Shown here: piece by piece, positions 13,969 through 29,749 of the stretch
Numbering within the stretch: position 1 is the first letter of the stretch
How the letters are laid out: each line of letters starts with the position of its first letter
Program-made: the position numbers and the translations under genes
From: Chrysomallon squamiferum
Taxonomy: Eukaryota > Animalia > Mollusca
Length of the DNA stretch: 64,000 nt
Reading direction: 5' to 3'
NCBI GenBank assembly: GCA_012295275.1
Contig: CM022665.1
Span: 18,848,001 to 18,912,000, forward strand
Notes under the pieces: generated by a model
Database searches by the model: none
Seen by the model: the letters and a program-made list of their open reading frames with translations, nothing else
What the model was told of the DNA's origin: nothing

Positions 13969-14300
13969 CTCAAAATACAGACAATTTATGATATCTTCAA
14001 ATGAAATAAGTTAACATAAAATCCGACTAGTTTTTGTAAAGCTGCTAGAAAAAGTTCCGGGTTCAGACGCATGGTTTTGCGATGAAAGAAAACACCTTTA
14101 CTTTACACGCTTTGAAATCCATTCTGAATTCGTTCCTCCCACCAGATAGCGAGTCAGAATAACTGGCCAAATAAATCTGTTACTATTGGTGGAGAAGTTA
14201 GCGAGAGTATCCAAATAGATTTTTACTGAGATCTTTTGGCGCCGAGAGTATAGGTGAGTATAGATTTGTATCCCAAGTGGTCGCAACTCCTGGACACACG
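13969..14300 (-). promoter_or_regulatory. Putative gremlin non-coding first exon and promoter
   Basis: Minus-strand donor GAG|GTAAGG (exon would end at 13969). The block 14040-14340 is CpG/GC-richer and has an Inr-like TCAGT near 14227 and GGCGCC at 14238-14243. An alternative donor AG|GTAAGT lies at 13026. Confidence 0.4.
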
Positions 14301-14410
14301 CCAAAAGTCGGGTTTGTCAAGGACAAGCGAGTTGGTACACTGTGGTAGTGGTGTGCATCTCTGAGTTCTGGGTATGTCTTTGTGTGTGTGTTCGTGCGTG
14401 CATGGGTGGG

Positions 14411-14459
<49 letters not shown>

Positions 14460-15005
14460 AGGAGGATACGGGTTTTCTAGAAAACTGGGAGAGGTCGCAG
14501 TTGTTTTTACAGTGTGATGTAACTTGCAGTATGAAGAGTTTTAGTGTGTAATTGTAGAAAGTAACAGATCAGTAAAAACAAAGGGGGTAGGCGTGCCACG
14601 TACGCATCCCACACAGTTTTGTGTAAGGATGTACGTGTTCACTTAGTAATGAAATACGAAAGTGTTTGGTATTTGACGTGAAATACCTACGTCCTTTTCT
14701 GAGATTTTTATTTTTCATTAGCTTTATATCTATCTAATCTATCCATCTCTCTTTGTTTATATATCTATCTCTCTATATTTTAAAAAGAATGATTTAATTT
14801 CTGAGAAGAATTTTCACTATCATGTTAATAAACCCAACAGAAAACAGAACATGCCAAATGCCTATCAAGAATAATAAAATAATTATTAAAATCGTACGAA
14901 CAAAGGACGCAGTGTTCTGTTTGTTACAATATAGGAATTTATGAATGCATTTTTTTGTGTTTTTGTACGTAAAGATTTATATGGAGGTGTTGCTAAGCTT
15001 ACGCC

Positions 15006-15036
<31 letters not shown>

Positions 15037-18000
15037 TTTAAATCTAGAGTACTGGAAGTTAATTTGAAATGTTTCTTTGTCTCAAAATATGCCTGTGAAA
15101 ACTTCATACGGTTCACATCGTGGAAGAATTTTTACTTTTTTTTTTACACATCCACGGACGGACCTCGAGAGATTGTGGGGAGTGCGTACGTATCCCTCGC
15201 ACGCCCACTTTGTAAGTATGTGTGTATACATATATCTGAGCTACACAGAGAGCGAGAGAAAGTGATAGGGGAATGTGAATTTCCAACTTACAAAGAATTC
15301 ATCTATCAGGAAGTTTATATCCACTCAGCTATACTAGTGTCTGGATCAGTGTGTTTATTTATTTCAGATTTTATCTGTACACACTAACAAGTAAAAAGCT
15401 TTCTTTTACGAAAATTACATCTGAAGTGACATAAACAAGAAACAACGGCTTAAACACGGAGCCCAGGGAGGCACATGCTGTTATGAGTTTGTTTGCATCA
15501 GCAACTTCCAGCTCACGACAACCGACAAGTTTTGAAATGTTTCACACTAAGTAATGACAGTGTATATCACAGGTGAGCAAAAAATGTGAAGTTATCTGTG
15601 ATATGCATCCCATGCAGAGAATAACTGATATAGATATATAATCATATTAAGAACGCTTTGATTTATTACACCCCCTCGTAGATATTCGCAGGTCACATGA
15701 CAGTACCAATGAATTCTGAAGTGTCCGCGATTATCCAACATTACCAATACAGTTTTGCTTTCGACACACACACACGCTCGCGCGCGCACGCACACAAATA
15801 CATACATACAGAGAGACATATAGAAAGAAAGACAGATAGATAAAGCGACAAAGTGACAGATAAACAGATACATGCATGCGCGCGTACATATATATAAACA
15901 TACATACATAGAGATAGGTAGGCAGATATATACATAAGTATTTATGCACACATACATATACTTATATAGATACAGACACTTATAAAATTACATTAATTTC
16001 ACTGTTATTTTCTTTGATTCCTTCAGTAAATCGTTCTACTTGAGATATTTGTAACAGACCAAAGAGAACACACACACACACACAAAAATAATAATAATAA
16101 TAATCATGAAAATAGTCTCCCTGGATTTCTCCCTTTTAAAACATTAACATCTTTCCTATACGAAGTTCAAAACAGACGTTGAAAGTGACTGGAAGACGTT
16201 TACGGCCTTATATTTGAGTGTTGAATTCAAATCAAAGTTTTTAAAAACTGTTGGTTCCAATAAAGCTTATCACAAAATAATTATAATAATATCCGGTTAC
16301 GAAAAGAAGTTAGCAAAACACGAAAGCGTGATACGGTGTATTAATAAGACCACCCGTTAAGACAGACTTGTAATCGAGTCGCAAGTTAACAGTTTTCAAT
16401 GACCGAGGAGGTAATGTTTTTATGTCACGAATTTAAAATAAGGATCTTAACTTAGAGCATAACATTTGTCAATGAGAAACGTAATTTACTTGTTTTAAGA
16501 AAATGTAAAGCGTTTTATTTATTTTATTCTATTATGTATCTGATTCAGTTCGCTGGTATTCTGGCGTGTATCCGATTCAGTTTGCTACTCCTGTAATTTA
16601 ATAAAATCATGGTTAAACAGCTAATTTTGTTTTTAATTTTCATTGTAATAAAACCTTGGTTAAATTTCTAATCTATTAATGTTGTCCTTATTTCCTCATC
16701 GAGCACAGACCGTATTAACTAAATTTCAAATTCAGTAATGTCAATCCCTTGTTATTAATCTGAATGTGCATTTCCTTTTTAATCTTCAACTGATGTATGA
16801 ACCTTTTCTTTAGCAATTCCATTTAAAACACACTGGAATACTTACTTGACTAATATCATTGTCTTCACTTCTTTATTCTTTTCACACCATGTTTCCTACG
16901 TCATCTTGAGAGTTTACACGTGCAGCATGTGTCCATGACGATATCTGTTAATATGTTCCAGGAATGTTAAGCTTATCTAGTCCTATTCTTCTTTACAATT
17001 TAACATATTTCTTGAAAAAATAAAGTTAAAATTATTGCAATTTTTCAGGCTTCTTTTGTTGTTTTTTAAAAAAAAATAAAAAATTAAAACTGTGATGAAT
17101 AAATTAATGAAGAAAAAGTAGAAGATCTGATTAATCAGTAAATCGTTACTGTGGTAGGTCTGTCTGCCTGACAGGTAAAGAGAAACTCTTAACACGCCTT
17201 ACTGAAGGAGAGCGTTAACAGGTGGGCGTAACTCTAATCTAGCTGAGAGAGACTCGAACTAACTACAAAATAATTCTTTTCATCCCCTTCCTGTTACTAG
17301 CAGGTACATGCAATTGTTGGGAAATCAGCAACACCTTTTGAAACATCTCTGTACGTGCAATACACTCTGTATCCTAAACTCTCTGTCAGTTGTAACAGGA
17401 AGAGAATACTAGCGATCTAAGAAAAGCTTTCATAACGTAACAGCCTTTCTACGTTCAGGACTATCTTTTTTTTTATTAAAATAAATGCTTATTCTTTTAC
17501 TTACTGGTAGTGGTTTTTTTTTTTTTTTTTTTTTTTTTTTCTTGAGATATTTGAAAATCAGCATATTATTTCTAGAATCCTTCTCATTTGATGGCCATTT
17601 TGATTGAAATAAAAAAAAAATTATACATAGATGCAATGCTTCGTACAATACCAATATAACGGGCCCTCGGGCCATAAACAAAAATATTTTGGATATTGTC
17701 CTTCATCACAGCTACATTGTTTCTAAAAATGAAATAAACTGCATCGATATCAGTATTGTATTAGCAGTTAAAACAGTGACCGCGGGAGAAAAAATAATAC
17801 AACGGAAAAGTAGTTTATGACATTTTCATGACAAATATATTTTTATTCCAGAAATGTAACAGCATAATCGTTACAGTTTTAATATAATTATAAATCATAG
17901 ACTTATAGATCATGGTTATATCAAAACAATAATTTATAAATTATAATAATGAATATTTTGAACTGCAGAAGCACTGATCTGACCCTTGTGTCAAGAAGTG

Positions 18001-19357
18001 TATTGCTTCCAGTATCAGAAAAGTGCCAAACCGAACATATCTATATCTTGTTTCTTAGTGCAAAAGTGTCATTTGTAATAAAGTAAGTTGTTAGACACGT
18101 GCCTAGTATCTGTCAGAGAGAGATAGGACGTGGTCGACAAAGCTTTTACTTCTTGTAATCGCTCATCGTATCACTAAGACTGTTTCTCTTTCTTATTTCT
18201 ATCTTCGACTTTCGCTACTGTAGATTATCTGGCGATGGGACATTCCCGTTGCGAGAAAAATTATTCCACTAACTATGAATGAAAGAAGTAGAATGATTTA
18301 CGAGCCGATTTTGGAATTTCAAACATACCGTCGCGAAATTTTTATTATTGTGTGCAACTAGTTAACTGTGTAATAAATGTGTGATGTGATCGAATTACTG
18401 AGTGAGGGTAAGAATGTATATCTAGATGGTATGTAGTGGCCTGTGTTTTATTGCTAATCGATCAGACTGTTGTAGTCGTTGTTGTTGTCTTTGTTGCAGA
18501 AACAGCAGTAGTCGTTGTTCTTATTTTTCGTAGTAGCAGCGGTAGTTATTGTTGTAATAACAATAACGATTAATAGAGATTATAATAAATAAATAAAAAG
18601 TAAATAATTATTAGTACGTGTTTAAAATGAGTAAATACGTTGCTGCTACAAAGATGTAACGAAAATTAACATTATGACAATTTTCACGCAAAAAGGCATA
18701 GAAAACAATCGTGTATATATATGAAATAATGGTGACACAAAGTCTCTAGATAAGAAAGTAAACAATGACAGATAGTTTATGGATAGCTATGTTTGAACAG
18801 AAGAAGATAGACAGACATTCACAGTTACCGTTTCATACTCACACACAGTGATAATGTGAAACTAAAACACGTCAACCTCCGCCTTAGCGTCTTCATTTTA
18901 GGCAATTCCGAGATAACTACGACGATAAAACGTTGCCGAAAGGCATCGTTATCTGTCGCAAAGTTCCGCTTGTCGAATTCTGCGGTCCCAGATAGCATAA
19001 CGAACCTTTTAGTGGTGTCTGTGGGGAACACACCTATGCGTACGAATGTCAGTGGATACAGCGTTGTTATCGAATTGCACAGTACCGATATCTATCAAAG
19101 AGTTATGCCAAGAAGCAAGTCAATCCTGCTTGCTATAAAAAGTGGCAAGAGCTTGAATTAAAATTAAATCAGGAAAAGTGAGATAGCACATAAAAATGTA
19201 GGATGTGAGTGGGTGTGAGCCGTGAGTGTAAGAGAGAGCGAGAAGAGGAAGACAGACAGACATACGCAGTAGAGATGTCGTCAGACATGATATATGTGAC
19301 ATACGTACGTAGGTGGGAACGGATGGACAGAGGGATAAAGATAATAAGAGACAGACG

Positions 19358-19362
<5 letters not shown>

Positions 19363-19431
<69 letters not shown>
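19363..19431. repeat. (AG)n microsatellite
   Basis: Direct run. Confidence 0.95.
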
Positions 19432-19435
<4 letters not shown>

Positions 19436-22167
19436 GACAAAAAAAAGAGTAACTAGTTAGAAGGATATGTAGACACAGGTACATAATACACACACAGAAA
19501 GACAGACAAATGGATAGCGAGAGAAATATTTTTCTAAATTTAGTTCCATCCTAAGTATTTGTCATAAGTAATAAAGGACATAATCATCATCATCACCATT
19601 ATAACCATCACTATTCTTATTTATTTATTACCTTCTTCGTCATCGTCATCGTCGTATTATTATTATTAATCGTGTTTGTTTGTGGTAGTAAATGCATTAA
19701 CAGTTATGTTTATTTTATTTTTAGGCGTCTACTAGCTTGTGTTGAGTTTTATTTCATGTAATTAAACACATATTTTTTTTTATTTAGTCTGATCTAGGCG
19801 TTATCTCACATCAAAGAAACTAATATTTTTGCAGGTTACTCATTTATCAATTGTAAACATGCTTCTTCCTTGATGAAAAGCTGATTTTGACCAGGACTGA
19901 CATTGTAATCTGTTCTGGCCAATGTTAAAAACTTCTTTATTAAAATCTATGTCTCGTCTTGTCCTAAAAAAAAAAAAACTAGACTGCAGTGTGTCAGAAA
20001 TTTGTTTGGAAGCTGTCTTCAGAACTTACATTTTCATGCAATTTTATCTAATCTGTTGAAATTAAGATTCGAAAGATGGGATGAAATACACCCACATATA
20101 ATTAAAACACAAACAAATTTTAATTTCTAGAAAAAATAAAAGAAAAAAGAAGAGAAAATAAAAACTCGGGAAATAAACCAAAGTAGCCATACTGTGGTTT
20201 TGATCTCCTCTCATTTGTTATATTTCTTACATCACACGTGTGTCTCCAGTTAATTCTGCATCTAGAAAGAAAAGGCAAACATAGATTTATATAATTAGAT
20301 TATTAACATTTAAGGTTAATGATGTTTATATATATATATATATATATATCCTGCGAAGACGAGAATGCCGACATTCTCGCTGCATTCGCCATTCGACCTG
20401 AGCAGGATAAGGCTAACTTAAGATAATAACGCATGTTGGTTTCACACAAAAATAGTTTTTAAATAACAACAATTCTTTTGTTATTTTTTTTTAAATGAAA
20501 ACCGTTTTCAAAATGTTCTTTTCAGATCTAAACTGGCAATTATACCCTAAAGACACAACTTTTTAAACAATATAATATACATACATACATACATACATAC
20601 ATACAATACAAGACAGTAATATTAAAATACAGTATTTAAACAGACGACTCCTTACAGTTATAGTATGCTCAAATTTAATCTAATGAAGATTTACTCGATT
20701 CTCTTTTATTACACTTTATTATTAAGTAATGTTTCACATGAATAGACTTTTATTATAATAACAGGATAAAATTAATAAACGGTTGACTGTGTGGTATAAC
20801 AAATGGGTGACAGTTGAGTCCATTTTGTCGGAATTATTATGTTTTATTTAATTAACATTATCTTCGTCAGCTCATTATAATCATCATTACTCCTCCTTCA
20901 CCGCCTCCTCCTCTTATTATTATTATTATTAATTGTTGACGTTACTGTTGTTTTTCTGGCTTCATTTTTAAAGTATTATTCACCATTATGACACCCCGAC
21001 TGAAATCATGGATCCGCATCTGACAAATTTATCATGCTTAACAATAATTTTGAAAACATAATTTCCGTGAACCTTTAAAAATCATCTAATAAAAGGGAAC
21101 GCTATTATTGGTTGTAGATTTTAATTCACTGGGAGAGTCGGAATGTGAAAATCAAAAGCAGAATAGCAGTGATGATGGCGCAATGCAAATATCCACCTCC
21201 TAACTACAGACACGCCGCCGCAGTCGTGCACATCTGCACGTGCGAGAACAGGAGTTGGTGGAGAACTCACGCAGATCAAACGAAAGTGCCAATTGTTTGT
21301 TGCGTTTCTTGTTAAAGAATTAACCTCTGTCAATAGGAACTTGTAGGCGTGTTGCGTGTACGTGATAAAATCGCGCGCTACCGGTATTTCGGTTTTCTCT
21401 AGCGAGAGTGTTATTCAAACGTGTTTCCAGTAACTAATTCAGATACATGCTGATAAATATGCCTTTGAGCAGTGGATTACGTTATAATTTGGTTCGTATT
21501 TCAAGCACCCGATTTTTTGCACTTCCTCTGTCACACCTTTTTCGGTAATTATAAGGATTGTTATTGATTAAAACCGGTGGTCACGTGACAACATTATATC
21601 CGGTTCATGATCAATCCAAGAGAGTTTGTCTTATGTTGCCTGTTAGCGTTCTATTTTCGTATGACAGAGGTTAATCTAGATCGAGAGTCAACCCCCGCAT
21701 ATATGAGAAAATGGATACACTGAATATATATAACGTTTAATAAGCAAGAACACGGTTCAAATGTAAAGTGGTTATAAATACCGCACAAAACTCACGAGCC
21801 GTAAAACAGTTCCACGTGATGTTCACGTCACACCTCTCTGGGATGCGTCTATCGTTTACAGTCGTTATTGCTACTCGTTGAAGATCGTTACTCTTCTTCT
21901 ATTTTTAACACATCGGCGTTCTGTTCTAATAAAAATGAAAGATCGTTGCATAATTATCGACACACCCGATTCGTTTTTATTATTAAATGGAGGTGGGGTG
22001 TGGAAAAACAGTTTAACGAATGACATTGAAAGGAATCGAAAGTGAGATAAAATAACTAAATGAATGAATAGGTAAAACAATATTAAAATAAAAGACAAAA
22101 AAGAAACCTTGATACATTTAGAAAACGTATTTTAAAATCAATTAATTGATTATTAAACCTTTATCTT

Positions 22168-22270
<103 letters not shown>

Positions 22271-22771
22271 ATTCATATGTGAATAGTCACCCGTTGAATT
22301 AAAATATCGAGAAAATAAAAGTAATTTGTATAATGATGACTGGGAAAATTTTAATAAAATCAGTCATGGCTTTACGCAATTGTTGACAGAAAGGATTATA
22401 TGTCTGCGCGCGCATTTTCAGCGCCATCTCTTGTTTGACAATGAAATGACGTAATACTATTATCTGCCTATGTACACACTGTGACTCCTCGGATTATCTG
22501 GATTTTGTGTATTTGTGAGTATATATGTGTGTGTGTTGTGTGTGTGTGTTTTCATGTATCAGTGGATATTTGATTAGAATATATTTATTTTTTTAAAAGT
22601 GATATAAAGGTACTTAGAGATGATTTAATTCCCTAGGTATGCTAAACAACGTTAGCTTTTATCTTAAAATGTAAAATATCTTCAGGTATTCTCTTAATTT
22701 ACAAAACTTATTCCTCAAATGTCAGAAAATTTAAACAAACTTTCCTTCACGTATTAAAGCTAACTTACTCA

Positions 22772-22824
<53 letters not shown>

Positions 22825-23880
22825 CATAAGAAGAAGAAGAAGAAGAAGAAAAAGAATAATAATATGAACAACAACAGCAGTAACACTCATTATCATCATC
22901 ATCATCGTCATCATAATTGTAAACATAATAACAATAACGATAATAATAATAATAATAGTAATAATAATAATCATAACAACAGTTACAAACATTATTTGTC
23001 TAATGTAAGTGTTAATAATGTAATAAAATTATAATATGTTTTAATTATGCTTCATGCTTAGACATTTTTCTTTCAGATTAACGTAGTTAATTTTAATTTA
23101 GTGTTCTTAATTTGGGGTTCTTCGTGTTAAAGAAAAATTCTGGTCTAGCGATATTTTGTATAATTAACAGTAATTATTTTATTTATATGTAAAGATTTCT
23201 GCACATAATAATTTACAGTGCCGTATTCTATGATGAGATATAAAGGATAATATATTTCAAGAAAAGTTATCATGTGGCATTTTATTAAGATAAACACAGA
23301 AGAAGGGGAGAAAATAAAAAAGAATGGAAAAAAGAAATACTTTGAAAGAAAAGTAACAAAAAAGAAAAACAAACACATAAAATGAATAAATTAACAAATA
23401 AAGAACTAATGAAAGAAAGAACGAAAGAATGAAAGAAAGAACGAAACAGTGAAAGAAAGAAAGAAACAACAACAACAACAACAAAATCGACTTCATATTT
23501 TTCAATTATCAAACTGGAAAATAAAAACAAATCCTGACAAATATGAGGGCATTACGGTTTAATCATTTTTCCATCCGAGATTTGTTAGGGGCCCGTTATT
23601 TAACGGTTCATGTGACAAGCAACACGTTCAAGTTGGCTCTTTACAAACGAACGCCTTCGATTAATGGATTTAGTTCATCGATGTTCATTTCGCGATAACT
23701 CTGTTGATCTGGCCAGCGGCATCAGGACGGAGTTAAAAGACAATAATCTAGTGGCTGGTGCCAGTCAGACTGCCTGAGTAATCGGTCGTAATGGTTTAAC
23801 ACGGTGGTGGAATGAAATGTAATCAACGCTATGATGTTGTTCACACTTTATTCTGCCTGCATTCTTTTTTTTTTTTTTTT

Positions 23881-23911
<31 letters not shown>

Positions 23912-24265
23912 AATCTCGTTTAGCTACGTCGATCGAGTGACGGGAAGAGATTTCAGAATTCAGTGAAGAACAAGAGAGAGAGAGAGAGAAAGAAAACTGT
24001 TAAAGAAATCTGAGAGGGATGTCGTATTGAATTTCTTTTTAATTTTTTTTTTTTTTACGCTGAATGTTTGAACAGTTTTAAAGCGACACAAATCTCTGTT
24101 GATTGCGATTTATTTTCTGCAACAATTTATGAAATCACGGAAGCAAGATATTATAACATCCTAACTACACCCCGAAAAAAAAAAATAAAATAAAAAAAAT
24201 GAAAATAAAAATAAAAAAGAAATCCATACTTAAATTACTGATGATGGATTAGGCTTGCTTTCTTA

Positions 24266-24269
<4 letters not shown>

Positions 24270-24356
<87 letters not shown>
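24270..24356. repeat. (TC)n microsatellite
   Basis: Direct run. Confidence 0.95.
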
Positions 24357-24360
<4 letters not shown>

Positions 24361-25766
24361 GTGTATATTATTATATTGTTATTATTATTATTATTGAAAC
24401 TTTTGTTCTTATACAACTCTATAAATATATTTAGTTACTTTTAAAAATATATTTACGTTTAGATTTAAATATATCATGTTTAGACCAAAAAAATTCAAAA
24501 ATAGAAAGTAGAAACGATTTTGAAAACTGATATGTAAATCTGAAAAGCAATCGTTCTCTTACGTTAGTATTTCAGTTTCTTTGTGTTTGGCCAGACAGGT
24601 AGAAATATTATTAAAATCTCTCCAGTATGAAAACACATAAACAGATTCTTACTAAATAATAACAGAGACCACTTTTTTGTAACATATTTAAAATATTAAT
24701 TCTGAAAATAAATGTAGCATGAAATTAATTCTGTCGTAATCTCTTTTTTAATAAGAATATCTTGTTGAAAAGATATTAATAATTTTCTTTCACCTGAATG
24801 TATACATATGTGTGTGTGTGTGTGTATGTGTGTGTGTGTGTGTGTGTGTATGTGTGTGCAACAAGAATAGAGCTAGAATAGTTGCAATACAAATATGAAT
24901 TTACTCACACTTACACACATTTCTCAGGCTTTTTTTTTTTTTTTTTTTTACCTATTTTTTTTTTTTTTTTTTCCTTTCTGGTATGTTACACAGAGAAAAT
25001 CAGTCAATACAGAATCTTGTGTGTATATAGGTATTAGCAAAGCTTTGTACATCTACAATCTTTATCCAAAGCTATGACCTCTTTGATATGGAAGGTAGGT
25101 GTAAACAGTAACTGTGGAGGGGAAGGAACTGCCTATGTCGTCTGCTCGGGACTCTGGCGCCGAGTATCAAACAACATTCAATTGAAATTAAAGCCTTGAT
25201 TTGATATCCAGTGGTGGCTTCCGTCTTTCATTGAAATTACCTCTCATAGAGAGACCGCGGGCCTTCATTTCAAGCAAACACCCAGCGCCAATGCAATCTT
25301 GCCCAATTCATTTCCAAACAAAGCAAATCTTGTTTAGATCGTTATTGGAGAAATTGCCTGCGGTTAGACAAATGAGCCAATCCACAAAAATGCGAAAGCA
25401 AATAGACAGAAAGTTGGTTTTAACACCAGAGGTGTTGTCAGCAACACCATTTTTAATCTCCTAAATCTGTTTCAAATAGAGAGACAAATAACGGCAAACC
25501 TTACCTTGCCACGGTGTCTCGAGTTTGTCACTTTAGGACTAACCTGGCCGCCACGCCATTAAGTCGCGGCACCTCGTGCAGTCTGGGAGCGGGTTACAGC
25601 TCTGCGATTTAAACTGCGGGCCTGGTATGCGGTGGTTCGCAGGTTCAGTCCTTTCTGCCGGACACATTCGGCTATTTCTTGTTTGAGCCAATACTAAATA
25701 TGAAATATTTAACGCAAAATACCCAGTGGTTTGTAAAGTGACCATAGCGGATTTTTCTCATAAACA

Positions 25767-25900
<134 letters not shown>

Positions 25901-26757
25901 TATATCCTTGTTAACAGATATGTCTGTATTTCATAAATAAAAGAAAACAATACGAAAAGAACAACAAAAAGACTCGAGTATAAAATGATACAGGATTGCC
26001 TCAGTGTATCTCCGATTGTAAAATATATTTCATAAAAAGAAACGACGGCGTGATAGAGCAGAAAATGAACTGCCTTTAATCCTAGCGTGCTTAATGTTAT
26101 GTTACACGTTATTCTTATTAAACACTGGTCGCGCTGATAAATAAAACACATGGAAGTAAGTAAAATGTATAAAAGCTATTCTTTCGTACAAATAACTGAT
26201 AAATTTAGAAGGGAATATTTTAATTTTTGTACCATTAATTATGATCTAAATTTATACATACATAGACACGTACATACATACATACATACATACATATACA
26301 CACATATAGATAGATACACACACACACACACACACACACATATGTATAATTAATGGACAAGGGCAATCTTAATAAGACGAACATTTCCGTGTTATACAGA
26401 TGTGTGCATTTATTTATTTATTTATTTATTTATTTATTTTCAGAGCAGCTGTAATTCGAACACATGTTTTTAAAACCATTGTCTGACAGCAGTGATTAAG
26501 AACACCTAGCTCTCACTACGCAATACGACTGAGAGAATCTACCTCTGTGTAGAATGAGTTGGCAGAGGGCCCGGCAGAACGCAACCTGTGAAGCGATAAT
26601 GCGACATTTAACACATTGATGAGGCGTCAATGAGGCGGCATCTACTGAAAATACGTTTTATCAAAATTTCTACATCAAAAAATGTTATCTTGCTGTGGCT
26701 GTTTTTTCTTCGTCGTAGTTTTTCACACTTTATCTCATGAGGTGTTTTTTTATTTTT

Positions 26758-26788
<31 letters not shown>

Positions 26789-27074
26789 TACTTCTGTAAA
26801 GCTCTCTAGTGGAAAGCTGTTGACGGGGAAAAGATCTAATTAGACGCCGAGGCAGCTAAAGAAAATATTTCCGATCATCCCGACTATCGACTGTAAACAT
26901 TGTCAATCTGCGATCTCCTGCCAAAATACATTGTAATAACGTTATCTTAATTCGTTAATGTAAGTAAGTGCTTTAGTTCCACTGGATACTTTGAATTCCT
27001 TCTTTTCATTCTACTGAATTTTGTTTCCCGTTCCAGTAAAACACAGTGGAATATCGCAATAAAATGATTATACA

Positions 27075-27240
27075 CTAAGACACCAAGAGAGAAAACCCAC
27101 TGTTGTTATGCTGTGTGATACTGTTTTTCCATCGGCAGCAAAAAAATCTCTTCTACGCCCTTTCCCACAGACAGCAAAAGAACACCACGTACCATGGCCT
27201 TTTGTTAAACTAGACTTGAGGCTCTGAGTTGGGAAGTACT
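27075..27240 (-). mobile_element. Degenerate SINE-like core
   Basis: 'gagagaaaacccactg...gcagcaaa...tttcccacagacag...accatggcctttt' shares motifs with 30800-30930 (gcaggaagggg.attttatgtgtacc..cctacagacag) and, in the opposite orientation, with 29750-30022. Confidence 0.5.
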
Positions 27241-27353
27241 CCAGTGAAAAGAATTCATCCTACGATAAGAAAACAACACTTTTTATTATATTAATTACCG
27301 TCTCGCCATAAGGATTGTAACAAACTTCAAGCAAAAATGCAAGCTAATAATAG

Positions 27354-27429
27354 AGTTATTCAAATAACTCACTATAACAGTAGTATTTTTTTAAATTATA
27401 ACTCCAGTTTTGGTTAAGAGAATTAGAAA

Positions 27430-27471
<42 letters not shown>

Positions 27472-27598
27472 AACAACAACAATAATAATAATAATTCAAA
27501 AACTAATAACAGTAACTAATCTTTTTCTAATTCTCTTAACCAAAACTGGATTATAATTTAAAAAAATACTACTGTTATAATGAGTTGTTTGAATAACT
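27354..27598. repeat. Long inverted repeat: ~76-bp arms around a (TTA)n/(AAT)n spacer
   Basis: Arm 27354-27430 is the reverse complement of 27523-27598 with about 3 differences. Confidence 0.9.
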
Positions 27599-29157
27599 GA
27601 AAAAAACAAAAACAAATGGAAAACAACTAAATATTTGTTAAATAAATAACAACAACAACAAAAACAAAAACAATATTGTTATGGTTAATCCCACAAAGGT
27701 GGACATCACTTAGTCAGGTTTATCTTCTAATCTGCTAGTTAATGATGTTTTTTTTAAAATATTTTTTTAAAAAAATTGTTTTATTGTCTGTACGGTTTTT
27801 TCAACGACTGCTTGAAAATGTTCACTTCATGATAGTAAATGTGGGAAGTGACGATTACCACCACTTACATTTCATTGATACATAACAAATAGATTTTACG
27901 TCTAGCTGCGGTTTCATTTACTGGGACAGGAAAAACGCAGTGGTAGAATCTATATAATGTAACAACATTAATTTTCACTCTCGACAGCAAGATAATGTAG
28001 ACAAATGAATGAGAAGAGATATGTTACACCGACACTGCATCAATCGAAAAGAAAACCGACTGTTTTGAAGAAATCGGAAAGAGAAGAAGAAAAATAATGA
28101 TAATGATGAAGACGAAGAAGAAGGGGTTAATGATCGTGAATAGAAAGATGATGACAATGAAGAAGAAAGTAAAAACTCGTTATAGTTCGTTGAATATTCG
28201 ATATTCTTGAAAGACACGGTTTTCTTACTACTGCTACTATTACTACTACTACTATCACTACCACTACTACGACGACGACTACTACTACTACTAATAATAA
28301 GAAGAATAAGTAGTAGTAGAAGAAGAGCAACAAGAACAAATACATATATATATATATATGTTTAAAAAAATAAAAAATAAAAACCCACAAAAATAATATT
28401 TGTTTACATTGAATTTATAGGCCATCGCATAAAATTCGAACGTAAGGAATAAACTACACAAGTGTGTCATTAAACGTGCAGTTGTATCTACAGTTTCAGA
28501 AACGTTATCAAATATATAATACAGCAGAATGATATGTTTAAAAGCAAATGCCAAATTCTAGACGAAAAAGTGATTTAAATTTAACAGAAATTTGACATGA
28601 TATTTACAAAAAGCATTAAGAAGATTTCTGGCTTGTCTGAGGTCATCTTCCTTGACATGTGAACTTTGAAAAAAATTATAAATTTATGGAGCAATAGAGA
28701 TTAGAATCCTTTTCCACTTCATAATACGAAAACACTACTATCAATCTTCTTCCGGTATGAAGTCTCGCTCCGAGCATAAAACATTCTCAAAGGGAGATAA
28801 TAAAAAAAAAGTAGTTCTCCACTGCCAGCGTTCGCAAAACAGTTCGGCCGGCATGTATCGTTTAGTGCAACTTTATCAAATAAAATTACCAAGCAGTCGA
28901 GCCCTCTTATAACCCGTAACATTATATGTTGTTGATGCAGACCGTATTTTAGTAGCATCTTACTCTTGTTTCCGTTTATCAGCTTCCTTTAATAATTCCT
29001 CAGCTACCTCTGTGAATAAATTTCCGCTCCGATTGTTAAATATGATATAGAAGCTATAAATGAATTAACGTTTCACATGCTTACTACGTGACCGATATTG
29101 TTATGACTTGTAGAAATAATTTTATTGTTTAGAACGTCAATTAGGTACATACATACA

Positions 29158-29191
<34 letters not shown>

Positions 29192-29749
29192 CATACATAC
29201 ATACACACACATACGTACTTATAAACATATATATATACATACACACACATACGTACTTATAAACATATATACATACATACATACACAACATACGTACTTA
29301 TAAACATATATACATACATACAAACGTTATTGGTTTCTCGTTGGCCGAGTGGTATTGTCATTATCTTTCGAACTATCAGCGAATGGGTGCCATACTGTCG
29401 AGTCTTTTTTGAGATTGTGACTGGACTTCACCTCCTCTGCCAGTGCGTTCCCGAATATTGTCTAACTAGATAAGCACGTACGTACTTACGCATACATACA
29501 TACAGGCACATACGCAAATAAATATAATTACAAACAGGTACATAATAATAATAATAATAGTACTACGTCATCTCAATGTGAAACGTTAGTTGCATGTGGC
29601 AAAACGTAGGTAGCGCCGCCCCTAATTTAAATTTCCATCGACGAACACTAATTTAATAACTCGTAACATTTATAATGGTTATTGGTGATTTCATTTCATT
29701 GTTATTAGTAAACGGTGTGATACTGGTTACCGCTCAGCGGAGACGTTAC

